Source: Nymphaea colorata
Lineage: Eukaryota
Assembly: GCF_008831285.2 (NCBI RefSeq)
Contig: NC_045138.2
Span: 9,176,001 to 9,240,000, forward strand
DNA: 64,000 nucleotides
Reading direction: 5' to 3'
Shown here one piece after another: positions 10,914 through 24,200 of this stretch. The notes under the pieces are model-generated. The model was not told where the DNA came from. It saw only the letters and a list, made by a program, of their open reading frames with translations, and made no database searches. Numbering within the stretch: position 1 is the stretch's first letter; the number at the start of each line of letters is the position of its first letter. Position numbers and translations under genes: made by a program.

Positions 10914-13149
10914 AGGGCCATTGAGTGTTGCACTCTTCGTCAGACAAGCAGCTATCCTATCCTGGTTGTGTGTCATGGTAGAGCAGGCGTCACTTAGAAA
11001 CAACTACCCTTTGTTTTGGCCAGGCATGGCCGGGATTCCAGGTAGCCGTAGCTAAGAGGCACCCGACCAAGGTCTGCGTCATTCTGAGTGCATGGCTTTC
11101 ACAGGAAGCCCTTATTATGAGTGCATGGCTTTCACAGGAAGCCCCTGTAGCTGAGAGATGTCCAAGCACGCTTGAGTGCATGGTCGGCATCATGCCAAGC
11201 GCAAGGTGGCCCCTGGCGAACATAGCCGAGATGTTGCGCCATTCCGAACGCATGTCGGCCAGTGGCCATGGTCCCTACCGATAGACAATCAGCTACACTC
11301 TACAAGAGGCAGTCAGGCATGACCACGGATTCCCTTCAGCACTGCAGGGGCACCACACACTACGACCGACAAGTGCAACACCTGCGGCAGCTCCAGCCAA
11401 GAGCCAGCAAGGTCTACTACGAATGGCGCTCGAGGAGAGAACGGTTGGCCAGCATCCGCGCAAGAAGAGCTCAAATGCATGCCAAAGGGAGACCTAGACA
11501 TCACCGAGGAGCAGCAGCGTATCCCCAAGATGGGAGCCTTTGTCCAAGTCGGGAGTCTCAACTCACTGAACTGGTTCAGCTGAGGACACAACCCACTACA
11601 GGTGAGTGACTTGGTTGAGCCACTTCGAGTCGGCCCCAATCGGTTCAGCCGGTCGACCCAGTTTTGTGCAGGTGTAAAACCCATGCGCTTTCTTCTTTGT
11701 CTTCAACTTTTGAACAATATTTGGAACGAGTTTTGTCATGCTGCCGCCATGGTTATCGGAAGTTTCTCCCAACCCACCGCAGAGTACCTCCGTGAGCTTT
11801 TTGAATGAAAATTACGAATGAGGAATTCTGGTGATTTGAGTTCTTGGTTCTTTGGTGAGCGATGATAACCAATCGCGATTGCAAATTTTTGATGTGGTTC
11901 TTCGAGAAGGCACAATCACAATCCTCGGTAAACGAGGTTCTTCTTCTGGCAATCGAGCTTGTACACCGCGATGATCAACACCCCACGACACTGCAGATTC
12001 TGAGGGCACGGTTCTCTCTCGAATCTTAGCATCCTAGAGGCACGATTGACACGAATTACTCTCCATTCCACCGGCAAAAACATCATGCATCTTACTCATG
12101 GTTCAAATCACAATTCCTCCATCGGATCTTTGTCAAATTTGTGTGGATCGACTCAAAATTCTATTGCAATGATCGGGTGAGAACTTCTTACCAAAGGAGG
12201 ATCGCTTCACAAAATCTATGCTGAGCACTGAACTACGACCGTTGGTCATTTTCCTGTTTCTAGTGCCATTCTATCAAACTTTGTGGATGAAATCTCGATC
12301 GGATGATGCCAATCAACTCCTGACTTCCAGATGAATCCATTGAGCCCAAGCTCGAGCAAACTTGTGATGTTTGTGTGCAACGCCGATCTAATCATTTTCA
12401 GGTGCAAAGTTTGGCAGCCTACGATGCATTCTTATGATTTTGAGCCTCAATCCGAGAATCGAATCATGTTTTCCAACCATGGATCAATCTCAAATTGTTG
12501 ATCCTTATTCGGTGAGTTGATCCACAACTAAACTTTCCAAATTGATGAATTAAATCGACTGCAATTTACTGTTCTTCATTTCTGGCAGAGTCTGAATGTT
12601 TTCGGCACTAAATTCAGTTGATTTTGTGCTTATTCGTGTAGCTGACTATCGGAGATGATTGATGTCAAAATTCTGAGCAAATCGAGTGTTTACACATCCA
12701 AATCTGATCAGAGACGAGGGAGAAATCAACATTTGAAGTCTGCCAAAGTGTTTTCTAAATTTTTCAGCGTGGAAGAGAAATTTCGGCAAACTCAATGAAT
12801 CTGACAGAATATTCCACCAAGGTTTTGCTGTGTTCTTCGGTCCCTGGTGAATCGGCTGTTGGTGTGTTTGTGAAGATCGTGTCCACGTAGGATGCACGTG
12901 TCCCACCGAGTTTCGCCTTGCCGATAAAGAAGGTGACATTGAATCCCACCAGCGAGTCCCTCGTGTCCCGCTCCACGTGTCAAAGCTGATCGTCGTGTCC
13001 CATGGACTAATCGTTGAATCATCCCTTTCCGCTGAAATGTCCTACTCGATTTTGAGTAGAAAATGGTGCTCTCGGCCACCGCAAAGCCAGCACCCAGCGA
13101 TTGACGTCTGGCGCCAGCTACTGCCCCCTTCCGGCAATCTGTCTACAAC

Positions 13150-16100
13150 AGTGCTGTGAGCTGAGAGAGCTTTTAATCTATGTATCTTTTAAGGCCTTGA
13201 CTTGTGGTAAGATTTGGGCTGGGACGGATTGTACTTAACCTCACGGGGCTAGTTAGGGTTGTGTCCAGCCGGTAAACTTGTACAGCCTAACCTTTGAGTG
13301 CAGTTGGAAGAGATCTTGGGCAGCAACATAGGGTCTGGACAGCCTAACCTCCATAGGATGGATCGTACCAGTTGGTATCAGGGCAACTTCCAGCTACAAT
13401 ATCAGCTGCGCACCAGTTCAGTGTGTCGCCGGTCGTGAGGGACAGCCACAGGGTGGGCAGTAAGCAGCAATTCGGTGAGCAGCAGCTGACCGTGACAGTG
13501 TGTTCAACAGGCCAGCACACAGTCAGCCGGAGAGTAGCAGTCTGGTTCAGTTGCTTGTGGATTGTGTGGTCATACCGAGTCTGATATGCCCCAAAATTTT
13601 TAAAACAGCTTGTAACCATTGTGGTCAACTAGTGTGGTAGTTTGTTGGTCATTTTGACGCGTGTTTTGCTATTATCAGTATCAACCAACGTAGGCAGAAA
13701 ACTGACAGTTTTGGGTATAGGTCCGAAGAGTGAACGGGGCTGCAGGACACCGTTTGCTCTAAAATTTTAGAGGACGTCACATAAGTATTAGAACTTCATT
13801 GTGTGGTGGTTGATTTGTTTGATTTATCTAAAAAATCTAGAAATTTGCCTCTATAACAGACACGCAGGGCTGAGCAGTTCAGTTTTGTCTTGTGCACCTT
13901 TTGTGTCGTCCGATAGTTGGGTGCAATCAAGCTGTGGTTCCACACAAACATCGAAAATTCTAAATAAACCTAAATTGCTAGAAGAACTGAGACTATGCAC
14001 TCAGCACAACCATTTTGGTGGCTAAACCCGAGGCTTGTTGTCAAGGCACCAGGCGGGTGCGGCAAGCTGTCCCAGCTAAGACCTGGTTGAGGATAAGGCT
14101 AGTTGCCAAGATGCCAGGCGAGAGTGGCAGCAGGCAATTCCTAATTCGCCTCCATTCGTTGATGGAATAGTGAACTTATGAACTGAGCCTTCAAGCATGG
14201 ACTGGAGGAATGTGGATAGTCGGGAGGCCCTACTGAAACGATTAGAGGAGATGGATATCATTGCTCGACGCTGAGCGAGAGAAACTTAATCACATAGTAA
14301 TTCACGCGGTGACCAATGGCTCGATTGGATCAAGAAAAACAGCCACACCCATCAAGAATCGGTAGGCTATCGTCAGAGGTCATTGAAGGATAGAGATGAG
14401 ATCTAGCCTTATGATGACTGGCGCAGCAACAACCGCACCACTTTCAGCGGATCACACCCCTTTAGCTCCATAGCCGGTAGTGACCAAAACAAATCTGCAA
14501 AGGAACGAGAGGTTATTATGAGGATTGTGGGAAAACGAGGCAGAAGCATAGAGGGCTTCCATGGCAAGAGGTAGCGATGGGCAAAGAAGCAATCACGTTC
14601 TCCCCCTTATGCCATGCCTCACCTCGAGGCTATATCCTCACGTTATCACAGTCCAACCAGACTTAGAAGGGACCAAACTCAGTCTTTTTCACATGGCTGT
14701 GTCTTATATCGGGACTCCGACTGGAAGTGAGCCGAAGGAATACAATAGGGAGCACTAAGATCCGGATTGGCAAGATGAAGCCAAGCCGTTCCACTGGACC
14801 AAACTGAACCCTTGTTCTTATCAAGGTGGCAAGAGTCTCTACTTGGCAAAGGATTATTATGGCCAGTGTGAGACGGCTGATTATGAGGACAATGGGTATT
14901 ATGGCGGTGCAAGGGCAGGCACCGTGCATTCAAAGGTGATATGGATTGGCAGTAGGCAGTTCGTCACTCGCAGGAGCGTCTCCGCCATGAGCACTTGGCC
15001 TTTGATAAGGAAGGCCACCCCACCAGCCGCAAGTCAGCTAGCTTACAGCGTAGAGCAGCGCGCATCAAATTGGACTTCCCACATTTCAATGGCAAGCCTC
15101 CCAAGGAATGGCATTTCAAGGTCGAACAATACTTTAAATGCCAATACATTCCTAGAGACCAGTGGATCACCCTGAGCATGCAACATTTAGAGGATGAGGC
15201 CATGCAATGGTACGGCTGGCTAGCACAATTATAGCCACATATGGAGTGGGAGGAGCTGGTAAAAGAGATTCATATGAGGTTTTGGGAAACGAGTTTTGGC
15301 AGCTATAATGGCCACGATCTGCTAGCACTTGATCAGTTTGAAATGATCAGTTTGAAATTGAGAGCCTCCCTATACGCACAGGGCCTAAGGAGGTCAAGAC
15401 AAAGCAGGCATTAGTACAGTTGAGTGTCTCACCCTGGGTATGCTCACAGCAAGAAGAGGGCAAGTTTGAAAGGGCTGAATCCTGAGATCAACTGGCTCTT
15501 AAGAAGCCTGAGTTTATGGCAGACATTAAGAGGGCAGAAACTCAAGCAAGAAATGAAACTCAGCAGCTCATGCTGCCCTCACGCACTGAGACCTATGCTT
15601 CCTTTCAACCCGAGGAGAGTGACCAGCAATATGGTCTTGGTACTCCTAGCTCATCCCCAACAACACGGCGATTGACTCACTAAGAAAAAAAAAAGCACGC
15701 GTCAAGAAGGGGCAATGTTTCAAGTGTAAAGCAGTGTGGGAAAAGAGGCACATATCTGGGGAATTTAATGGCCTTAGGGAGGAGGGAAATGAAAGTTGAT
15801 CATGTGCTACCAAGCAGCCTCTCAAAGCAAGTGTGGATGACCAAGCTGGACCCTCCATCAGCCCTACAGCAAAATTCGAGGTTTTCACTGAACAGCCCAT
15901 AGAATCCATCTTGGCCCTACTTCCAGCTATGAGAGAAGCATGCCGCAAAGAGATCCCCACCGTTATAGCTATGCTTACAAAGACACCCACCATGAAGGCA
16001 CTTCGAGTGAGGGGATATATTGGCACAATAGGCGTAGTGCTGCTTGTTGATGCCAGTTTTGCCCAAATATGCATGAACCATCAGGTTGCTGACTAGTCAG

Positions 16101-17221
16101 AGATGAAGGCAGGGAATACCATTCCTTAGATGTGGGAATGAGGGACAATGGTAGAGGACTCTACTATGCAGCCTACCAAAATGTTGAGATCAGGGTACAA
16201 GGCCAGCAAATCCAAACGGACCTGTACGTCTTCATTGGTTTTGGATTGGATGTAACACTTGGCGGCCACTGGCTGGAGTCATTCGACGATGTCTCCCTCG
16301 ATTTCTGTAACGGAACTATTGGGTTCGCTAAGGAAGGTGGACAACCTGCAATTGTCTATGCCTTGGAATAGGGCAACCAGGTTATAAAGCTCCGGTGAAA
16401 CTACAGGCTGAACCACACCACAAAAGGATGACTTCTTATGTGAGGAAGGGGGAATCATTCTTATGTGAGGAAGGGGGCTGATTCAGTTTAACAGCAGACG
16501 AAGGTCAAAATCTGGCCTTGGGAGAGAGAATGGCAGCCTAATCCCTGCTGCCACCTAGACCAGCATGGTTTAAATAGGGTTAGCAGCAAGACCCTTGGGC
16601 GACATGACCCCCAAATCCCTAACCAATCGGCACTCCACTTCCCTGGCGACAAGAAGCAGCAACCTAAGGGGGGCGGCTGGACCATTCCCAGTCACAACTT
16701 AGCTGGGCCCAACCCTTCACCTATCAGCCAAATGGATGAAAACCATAGGCCGCCACTACCAAGAGGGACCCAAAGCGTAATCACACCGGCAAACTGCCCC
16801 CCTCCACCTTGCGGTCTGCTAGCAAGAGATACCGTTGTGTTGAGCGAGCTACTCGTGGCCCAACCAGCGTGGGTTCAGCCAAGGCTGAATATTAATTATC
16901 TTTAGTGAAGTGAGGAAAGGAAACACATTCCTTCTAGGGGCAAAGTAGAGGAGGGTCGACCAACTGCGACAGCAATTCAAGGTCTCTTCCCATGGGACCC
17001 AATGGGGATAGGGGTCACTCAAATGAGACTCACCGTCTTAACAGACGAGCAAGACCCGCGCAGATCCTGAGTGCAGGCTCTGTTTTAAGGGGGCGGATTT
17101 GATGCATCGCTACCCCCGATAGGCTAGGATGGCCAAGAGTGCTAAGGAGAAGGAGCAGCATGGCTGAGCAGAGTATGAGACGCTGCCAGTCAATACAGGG
17201 TTTGGGAGGTTAGCGTGTCTC
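13150..17221 (+). mobile_element. Gypsy-type element with gag and protease only (TR-GAG-like), decayed, both LTRs partial
   Basis: LTR end CA at 13370 and PBS tggtatcagggc 13373-13384. gag IKLDFPHFNGKPPKEWHFKVEQYF...HLEDEAMQWYGW (15060-15230); protease region LRVRGYIGTIGVVLLVDAS...GLDVTLGGHWLES (15995-16370). PPT aagggggcgg then TG at 17100; 3' LTR cut at 17221. Confidence 0.8.
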
Positions 17222-20200
17222 TGTTGGGGTCGGTCTAAAAGCAACCGAACCTACTCCCAAGATTTATGGAGGGAGGCGCACCGATTGAAGAGAGGTTAAG
17301 ATTTACAATTTCAAATCCCTGCCGGATAGTCACGGCTTAATATTCCCTTGGGTCAAGATGTACAAGTGAGGTTAAACTCACCCAAGTCTTAACCTACTAC
17401 AGAAATCTAAAAAAATGTGAGACTTATTACAAACGTAAGCGATACATGAAATCACTCCTCACTCACTCAAACCATTCATTCAAACAAACCATTCTGTCAA
17501 ACCATGCCTAGGCAAAACAAACCATGCCCCAAACCCTTAGGTAGGCCAAGTAACCCCGAGTTGTGTCCTAGGCCAAGAGGGCTTCGGAGGAACTCAGCTG
17601 GTTACACGCCAATGTGGCTGGTGTGCAAGCAATAACACCCTTAGCCTGTGTCTATAGGATGGCACGAATCTCACCTCTCGGGGCCACGCCCAAGGACTCC
17701 ACTTGCTATCACCAAGGATGAAAACCGCAGCCTTAGCTGCCCCCTTGGTATTCACGATCCGCCATGAATGTCCAGCTCCTTGCTTTCGTACACCTTGCTA
17801 AGTCAGTCAAGTGACAAAGAATCACTATTCGATCAATTATAACAAGCAAGAGTGTTAAGGTAGATGCATTCACCAGAACCCTAGTCGACCCCAAGTTGTA
17901 AGAGAGAGTTGGGGGAAGCAATCGCCAATATCGCTTGGCGGACGCGGTTCCTTCAATGTAGGTCCGATGGTAGGCTTGGCTGGTTCGAGCCTTCTAGGTC
18001 CAAGCCGTAGGTGGGTCCACGCCTCCTTAGTCAATGCTACTGTGTTGGTCCCGTTGAGCCTTGACTCCACTTGGTTCACGTGAGGAAGGTTGACTAGGTC
18101 CAATGATGCCAAGTCACAGAGATGGGTCCCACTTGCTTGTATGATTCCTCCTTCCCTTCCAAGTTAGGTGTCGTCTAGATTCAATGAACCTAGGTGGTAG
18201 CACCTTTCTTTGTCTCCTCCTTCCGTTTTGGGCTCATCCCAAATGTGGCGCAAGATGATCTTCCAAGATTCTGGCTTGAGATCACCTTCCAAGATTGTCG
18301 CCCGGGTTACCTTCCACTTTTAGTGCAAATGATCTCCTTCCTAATTTGTAGCTGCCAAGATTCACCTCCACCGCCCGTCCAGGTTCAATGCACCTAGTGC
18401 ATGCACCAAGCCTTTCCTATTTCGCTGGAGAGGAAATAGGAAAGAGAGAATCTCGCAAGATTGATGGTGAACTTGCTCCTCGCCACGTGTATGATCAGAT
18501 CTCCGAGGATCTCCCAAGATTAGATGACAATCTTGCCTTTGGTGAAAAGTGTCTCGGTTCAATGTACCTAATCCACAAATCCAGCCCCTTCCTATTTCGT
18601 TGGAGATGAAATAGGCAAGAGAATCTCGCTAGGTGGGATCGAGCTGATCTCGCCCACGTGGCCTCGCCTCCAGCTGCCACGTAGCTCCTTCTCCTTTGAG
18701 GGGCGTCTAGATGCAATGAACCCTCAACAATGAAGATCTCCTTTCCAAAAGATTAGGAACGGTTTTGGAAAGGAGATCACTCCTTCCTTTGGCGTGCGGG
18801 ACACTTGGCACGCCCTTGCTCCTTCACGCGGGACCTTCCTATTCCGTCGGGATTGCATTGACCAGCTGGAGGATGTTCTCTCCCACGTGCTGCCACCTGT
18901 CCACCCGAGATCAGCAGCGGATCTCGCTTGCCCACAAATGTCGCCAAAGAATTTGGAAAGAAGATAGCGCCAAGACTTCCCTTTTCGGTGCACTTTTCCA
19001 TGCTAGGGTTGGAGCTAGCTGCCTTGACCAGATTACCCCTGCTAAGTATTAATTAATTAAAACCTAACAAAGGTAAGAATGGAATTAATGCCCCAAATGT
19101 CGGATCTGGCCGGAAAGAATGCCAGAAATCTGAACTATTCCATGAAATCCGGCAAATAGTCTTACAGGCGCCCAGAACTTGCAGTCACTGATTCAATGGT
19201 CAAATGAAATTCAAATACGTTGATTTTTGGATATGTTGTAAAAATTTTAATTATGAATCCAACGGTATATGGCTCGCCAGAAAACTCCACCGGAATCGCT
19301 GGAAACAACCTCTGCAAATGGCGGTTCTGTGGCAGATTGCGCCTGAGCGGTGGCGGTGGAAACAGTGAACTTCCACGGTAGATTTTCCCAGAGCGCCCTA
19401 GTTCGATCAAGCTGAAATTTAGGTATGTTGTAGCTGAGGCCAACATCTTTCCAACAAGCTATAGAACACCGTGAAACTCTCAGTGGATCTCCAGATATAG
19501 CTATTTTATCAGTGATGATTTCTGGCGCTCCCTTCAGAAATCTGAGAATCGCCTTCTCCTAGGATTTGAGTGCCTTACCGATCTCTTTTTTACCACAAAA
19601 TTTGAGTATCTTGTAGAGGACGTCGAGATCTTTCCAACGGTATATTGTACGCTCTCTAACTCCCAACGGATAGTCAGATATGGTCCTGTGATTAAAAGCT
19701 TCTGCTATTGCCTCCTTCAGAAAACCGAGAGGCTCCGCCTTTGCGCGTTTCCTCTTTTGGATTCTGCGACTTGCCTTCTTTTCTTCTCTTCTCCTCCTTC
19801 CTCGTCCCACAACCTTTCCTCAATAGATCATATCTTCAAATGGGGGATGTAGAACGCATTATCTAGCCAGGATTTACTAGAGAAGAATCAGAATTTAGGC
19901 TGTTGGTCTAGGGACCAGCTGGATGCTTCCTTTCCTTCTCGTGATGCCTCCAAGACTAAATCTTCCTCTCCACTCGATGCCGCTGGTCCCAATCCAGTTA
20001 GACGAGATGTTACTCTCGAATGCAAGATCTGAACCTTCGTTGATGTCGTGGGTAAGGCGAAACCGAGAACTCCTCCACTAAGTACTTAGGAAGGTGGAAT
20101 ACTTAGCTTTAGGATGAACGTCTCGCCGGATGTCATTGATGAAGAACCGGCGGGCAGAACCACGGCACGTCGTCTTCTTCGCCTCCCTATGGAGCAGCTG

Positions 20201-21106
20201 CCTCAAAATCCCTTCGTGATCAAAGAAAATGCACAGCCGACCACCCAAGGACTCCTTGGTTCGGGTTCGATGTTGATCTTCTTCTTTAATGGCTACCGGC
20301 AACCATTAATGGATGGAAAACCTCCAGTAATCTCACGGCTTGGTGAGTATTGTTGTGTAGTGCTTCAATGGAAGCCACGCCCTAAGGACCAAAGAACTCC
20401 ACGAGGGAGGAAGAGAGAGCTTCTCTCACTTCATTCAAAATCAATATGCATTCGAATAATGAACATCGTCTCGGTTTCGTGCCTTTATAGACATAGGCCG
20501 AACCGGTTCCTAACTTGTCTCGGTATGAGACTTACAAAAACCGACTCAAATAAAAGAGAAACGGTGCATGAATTAAATGACTTAAACAAAATAATAAAAT
20601 AGTCTTGGATGCTCCTCCCGGATCCCAAATGAAGTCTTCAATCTCATGTTCTTGGATCTTGGACCCGTCTTTCATCTCATGCGTGTGGATCCTTCTTGGA
20701 TCTCGGATCCCCTTATGGCTGTCCTTCGGATCTTCTTCTTGTATCTTGCTAGATTCGGATCAACTTGTCTCTCATCACGCTGGTCCATGGTTGCACTAGG
20801 TGGTCCATCGCTCCTCTTCATGCCGAGCCCACCTTCTTCTAGGCTAGAGTCGCCTGGGTCTTCACCCTCTACGTTAGGTGTGCCCGGGTCTTCTTCATCT
20901 AGGTAGGTGTGCTTAGGCCTTCGTCCTCTAGGCCAAGCATGCCTAGGTCTTCCGCACCTAGACATGATGGGTCTAGGTCTCCTAGGTCAAGGTAACCTAG
21001 GTCTTCTTCGAACCTCGCGTTCTTAACCTCACAAGAGAAAACACCGCCTTCACGCGAGAATGCCTTAGACACTTTTGGGAGTTTAGCCTCCCTACGTTTT
21101 TCATCA
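17222..21106 (-). mobile_element. Long (~3.9 kb) LTR-like sequence D, related to 26297-29895
   Basis: Starts TGTTGG, candidate end tcatCA at 21106. Shares ordered motifs with E (ccta..cccaagat, cctactaca, gcgataca, actcactca; ttgatgaag...tccctatg...ccttcgtg). Reverse TATA-like tttatag at ~20485. No matching TSD found, so boundaries are tentative. Confidence 0.55.
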
Positions 21107-21279
21107 ACTCCGCTAGAAAACGCCTTAGCCGTAAACTTTAGAGAGAAACTACAAAAGTTAACCTTCCTAGAGTTTTTACCCTTGCTCGAAGTTGCTCTCG
21201 TTTGTTCTTCGCAAAACTCATGAACACAAAGGTTAGCCTCACAACAAATATGAGCGCCTCCAGCGGAGGTGCCAATGTG

Positions 21280-24200
21280 TTAAGTATGGGCTCTAAGTAG
21301 GCTCGTATCAGTCTCTTAGCCCTACCGTGTAGTTCAAGACAAAGCAACAGAGGGGTTTGGCCAGGACGTCTATCTCATTTTACCGTAGGTTTGGCCAAAG
21401 ACTATCAGTCTCTGCCCAGGAAACCTTTGGCTAAGGCCAAGCCCTGAAGGCACAGTGCACGACCACCAGGGCCATAGAGCGCTGCACTTGCCGCCGGACG
21501 GGCATCTATCCTAGTTGTGTCTCTTGGTAGAGCGGGCGTCGCTTGGGAGCAACCTCCCATGATGTCGTTCAACCATGGTAGGATCATGCAAGGCCTTGGG
21601 CCCTTCGTTTTGGCCAAGCATGGCCGAGGCGCCAGGTAGTCATAGCCAAGAGGCGCCCAACCATGGTCGGCATCATTCCAAGTGCATGGCTTTCACGAGA
21701 AGCCCTTGTAGCTGAGAGATGTTTGGGCACACTTGAGAGTGTGGTCGCATCATGCTGAACACAAGGGGCCCCCTTGTCGACGTAGCTGAGAGGTTGCGGG
21801 AGACACTACACCAATCTGAGCACATGTCGGCCAATGGCCATGGTCCCTATCGATGGACAATCGGCTATGCTCTAGCAGAGGCGGTCAGACATGACCGCGA
21901 ATTCCATTCAGCACCACAGGGGAGCCACACACTACGACCAACGAGCGTGGCAGCACCAACCAGGAGCTAGCAAGGCCGACTATGGATGGCGCTCAAGGAG
22001 AATGTAGTCAGACACTGGTGGGTCCCCGCTGCCGAAGGCGGCCTGGATGCGGTCACTACCCAGAATTCCACTCAGCCGGGCGATCCGAAGTTAAATCCTT
22101 GTGCTCCTCTGCTCTGCCGATAGCTCCTTTTTCAAATGCAGGGGAGAACAAACACAAAAGACCATGTTCCAGAGGTTTGAAACGCGTTGGACGATTGTGG
22201 AAGGATACAGGAGTTGCGGATAAAGCTGGAAGGTCTGGTGGAGTGGAGATGGGATGAATTCAGACGGTGAGGAACCTGCGTGCCAACGGTTCAGTAGCTG
22301 GAGGGGTTACTGTGGAGTCGCAGGCATAGGGAAAGGGGGTTGATCGGGCGGATGACAAGCCTCAACGCTAGGGATGGCTCAGAACCACGGAGCAATTCGT
22401 CCAACGTCAAGGGGGTCGGAAAGGCAGTGGATCAAGTGGAGGTGAAGAAGACGAGAAGTAAAAGGGAAGAAGCAGAGAAGAACCCTTACTCATGGACGAA
22501 GCAGAAGAAGAAGAGTGAAGTCGAGAGAGAAGAATAGGAGGCACACGAGTCCACTGGTGAAGATCCACATCACCAGAAGATCCAGTGTGTCCGTCGGGTG
22601 AAGAAGGGGAAGAAACCTCACTGGAGGAAAACGAAGCAGAAACCCTCGTGGGTGCAGGAGAGAGAAAGTGAAGGAAAATCACATAACATAAAAACGTTCG
22701 ATGATTCAAGGTATCCCTGTACACGAAGAGGCTCAAGCTTATATTGCTTGAGTGACTCAGGACGGTCTGGTCCTGTACAACCAAAGAATCATAAACTCAA
22801 ACATAATACACATAAAGCATATATGGTTGAATCCAACCGTGTGAGTCAGTCAACAAAGTCAAAACTACATCACCCACTCCATGGGCTGGGTGTGGCTGTG
22901 CTGCTCGGTAGGGGTAACTCCTTCACCCCGTCTCGGCCAGGGTGGACTCCTCCTCTCGCGTTCGTGTGGGCTGAGCGTCCTCCAATGGCGTTTGTCCTTC
23001 GTGCGAAGGGAAGCTCAACTCCTTGGTTCCACTCGTCCCTGGCTCGTCTCTGACCCTGCTACAAGAAAGGTTAGCCTCACAGAAAATAATACCTCCATTC
23101 ACAATGGGCTCCTTTCCTGCGCGGCGCATAAGGCCCGCGCTCGACTCTCTCTCGGCGTTTGCTGGCCCGTGCTTGACTCTCTCTCGGCGTTTGCTGGCCC
23201 GCGTCTCCCGACGCCACCTTCGGCCACGACGGGCCATCTTCGGCGCTGGCACTGCCAGCCCTGGCCAACATTCCTCGGCCCCTCTCGTCCTGATCTGGCG
23301 CTACAGGGTGCGATGCGCTCGAGGTTCTCGCATCGGCTCTCAGCCTCACATGACTGGCGCCCTTCTCGGAGGGGTAGAACTCCTGCCTGGATAGCCTCCC
23401 TTGCATGCTGAGAGGCCATAGAGAGTGGCCATGTGGCGTTATAACCTCCCTAACACACAGACGGCCCTGATGAATGATGAAAGGCGGCCAACACCTCGGC
23501 CTCAAACAGCGTGGATACGGGCTACCTTCAGCCATCATGGCCGCGCGGGGGTAGGCCCATAACAGACACCCTCTGCGCAAGAGAGGGGACCTGGACACCG
23601 CCGAGGAGCAAAGCATATTGTTTGAGACGGCGCCTCAACCTGAGTCACGAGTCTCAACTCGCTAAACCGGTTCAGTTGAGGAAACAACCCACTACGAGTG
23701 AGTGACTCGATTGAGCTCGTTCGAGTCAGACCTGATCGATTTAGCCGATCGACCCAATTTTGCGTGGGTATAAAACCTATGCATTTTCTTCTTCGTCTAC
23801 ATCTTTTGAACAATATTTGGAACAGATTTAGTAATGCAGTCACCATGGTTATCACGAATTTCTTCCAACCCACTGGAGTGCACCTTTATGTGGTTTTTCA
23901 ATGAAAATTATGTCTGAGGAATTTTGGCGATCTGAGTTCGACGACGTGGTTCTTCGATGGGCGACTATAGCTGATCATGATTGCAAATTTTCAATGTGAT
24001 TATTCAGAAAGGCATGATCTCAATCCTTCCTGTTCATTGTCCAGCAGACGTGGTTCTTCTTCCAGCGATCAACCTTGTACACTGTGACGATGAACACCCA
24101 CGACACTACAAATTCTGAGGGTGTGGTTCTCTCCCAGATTCTGACCTCCTATAGGCACGACAGACACGACTTATGCTCCATTCCACCGGCAAAAACATCC

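Larger units (their letters stand above)
6590..12709. repeat. Repeat family C, copy 1 (6590-6777 + 10914-12709), class unresolved and probably retroelement-derived; interrupted by the 6778-10913 insertion
   Basis: Colinear similarity to 21280-22002 + ~23575-24855, e.g. cctttggctaagg, gtgcatggctttcac, ggccatggtcccta, tttgaacaatatttggaac, caaaattctgagcaaat. Confidence 0.8.

Noticed and set aside
11600..12700. Possible endogenous caulimovirus or novel protein in family C
   Set aside because: No RT, movement-protein or coat-protein motifs, and the frames are not conserved between the two copies.
22598..23616. Overlapping 150-180 aa ORFs on both strands
   Set aside because: GC-rich LTR/repeat sequence; the ORFs cross an insertion boundary and have no recognisable domain.
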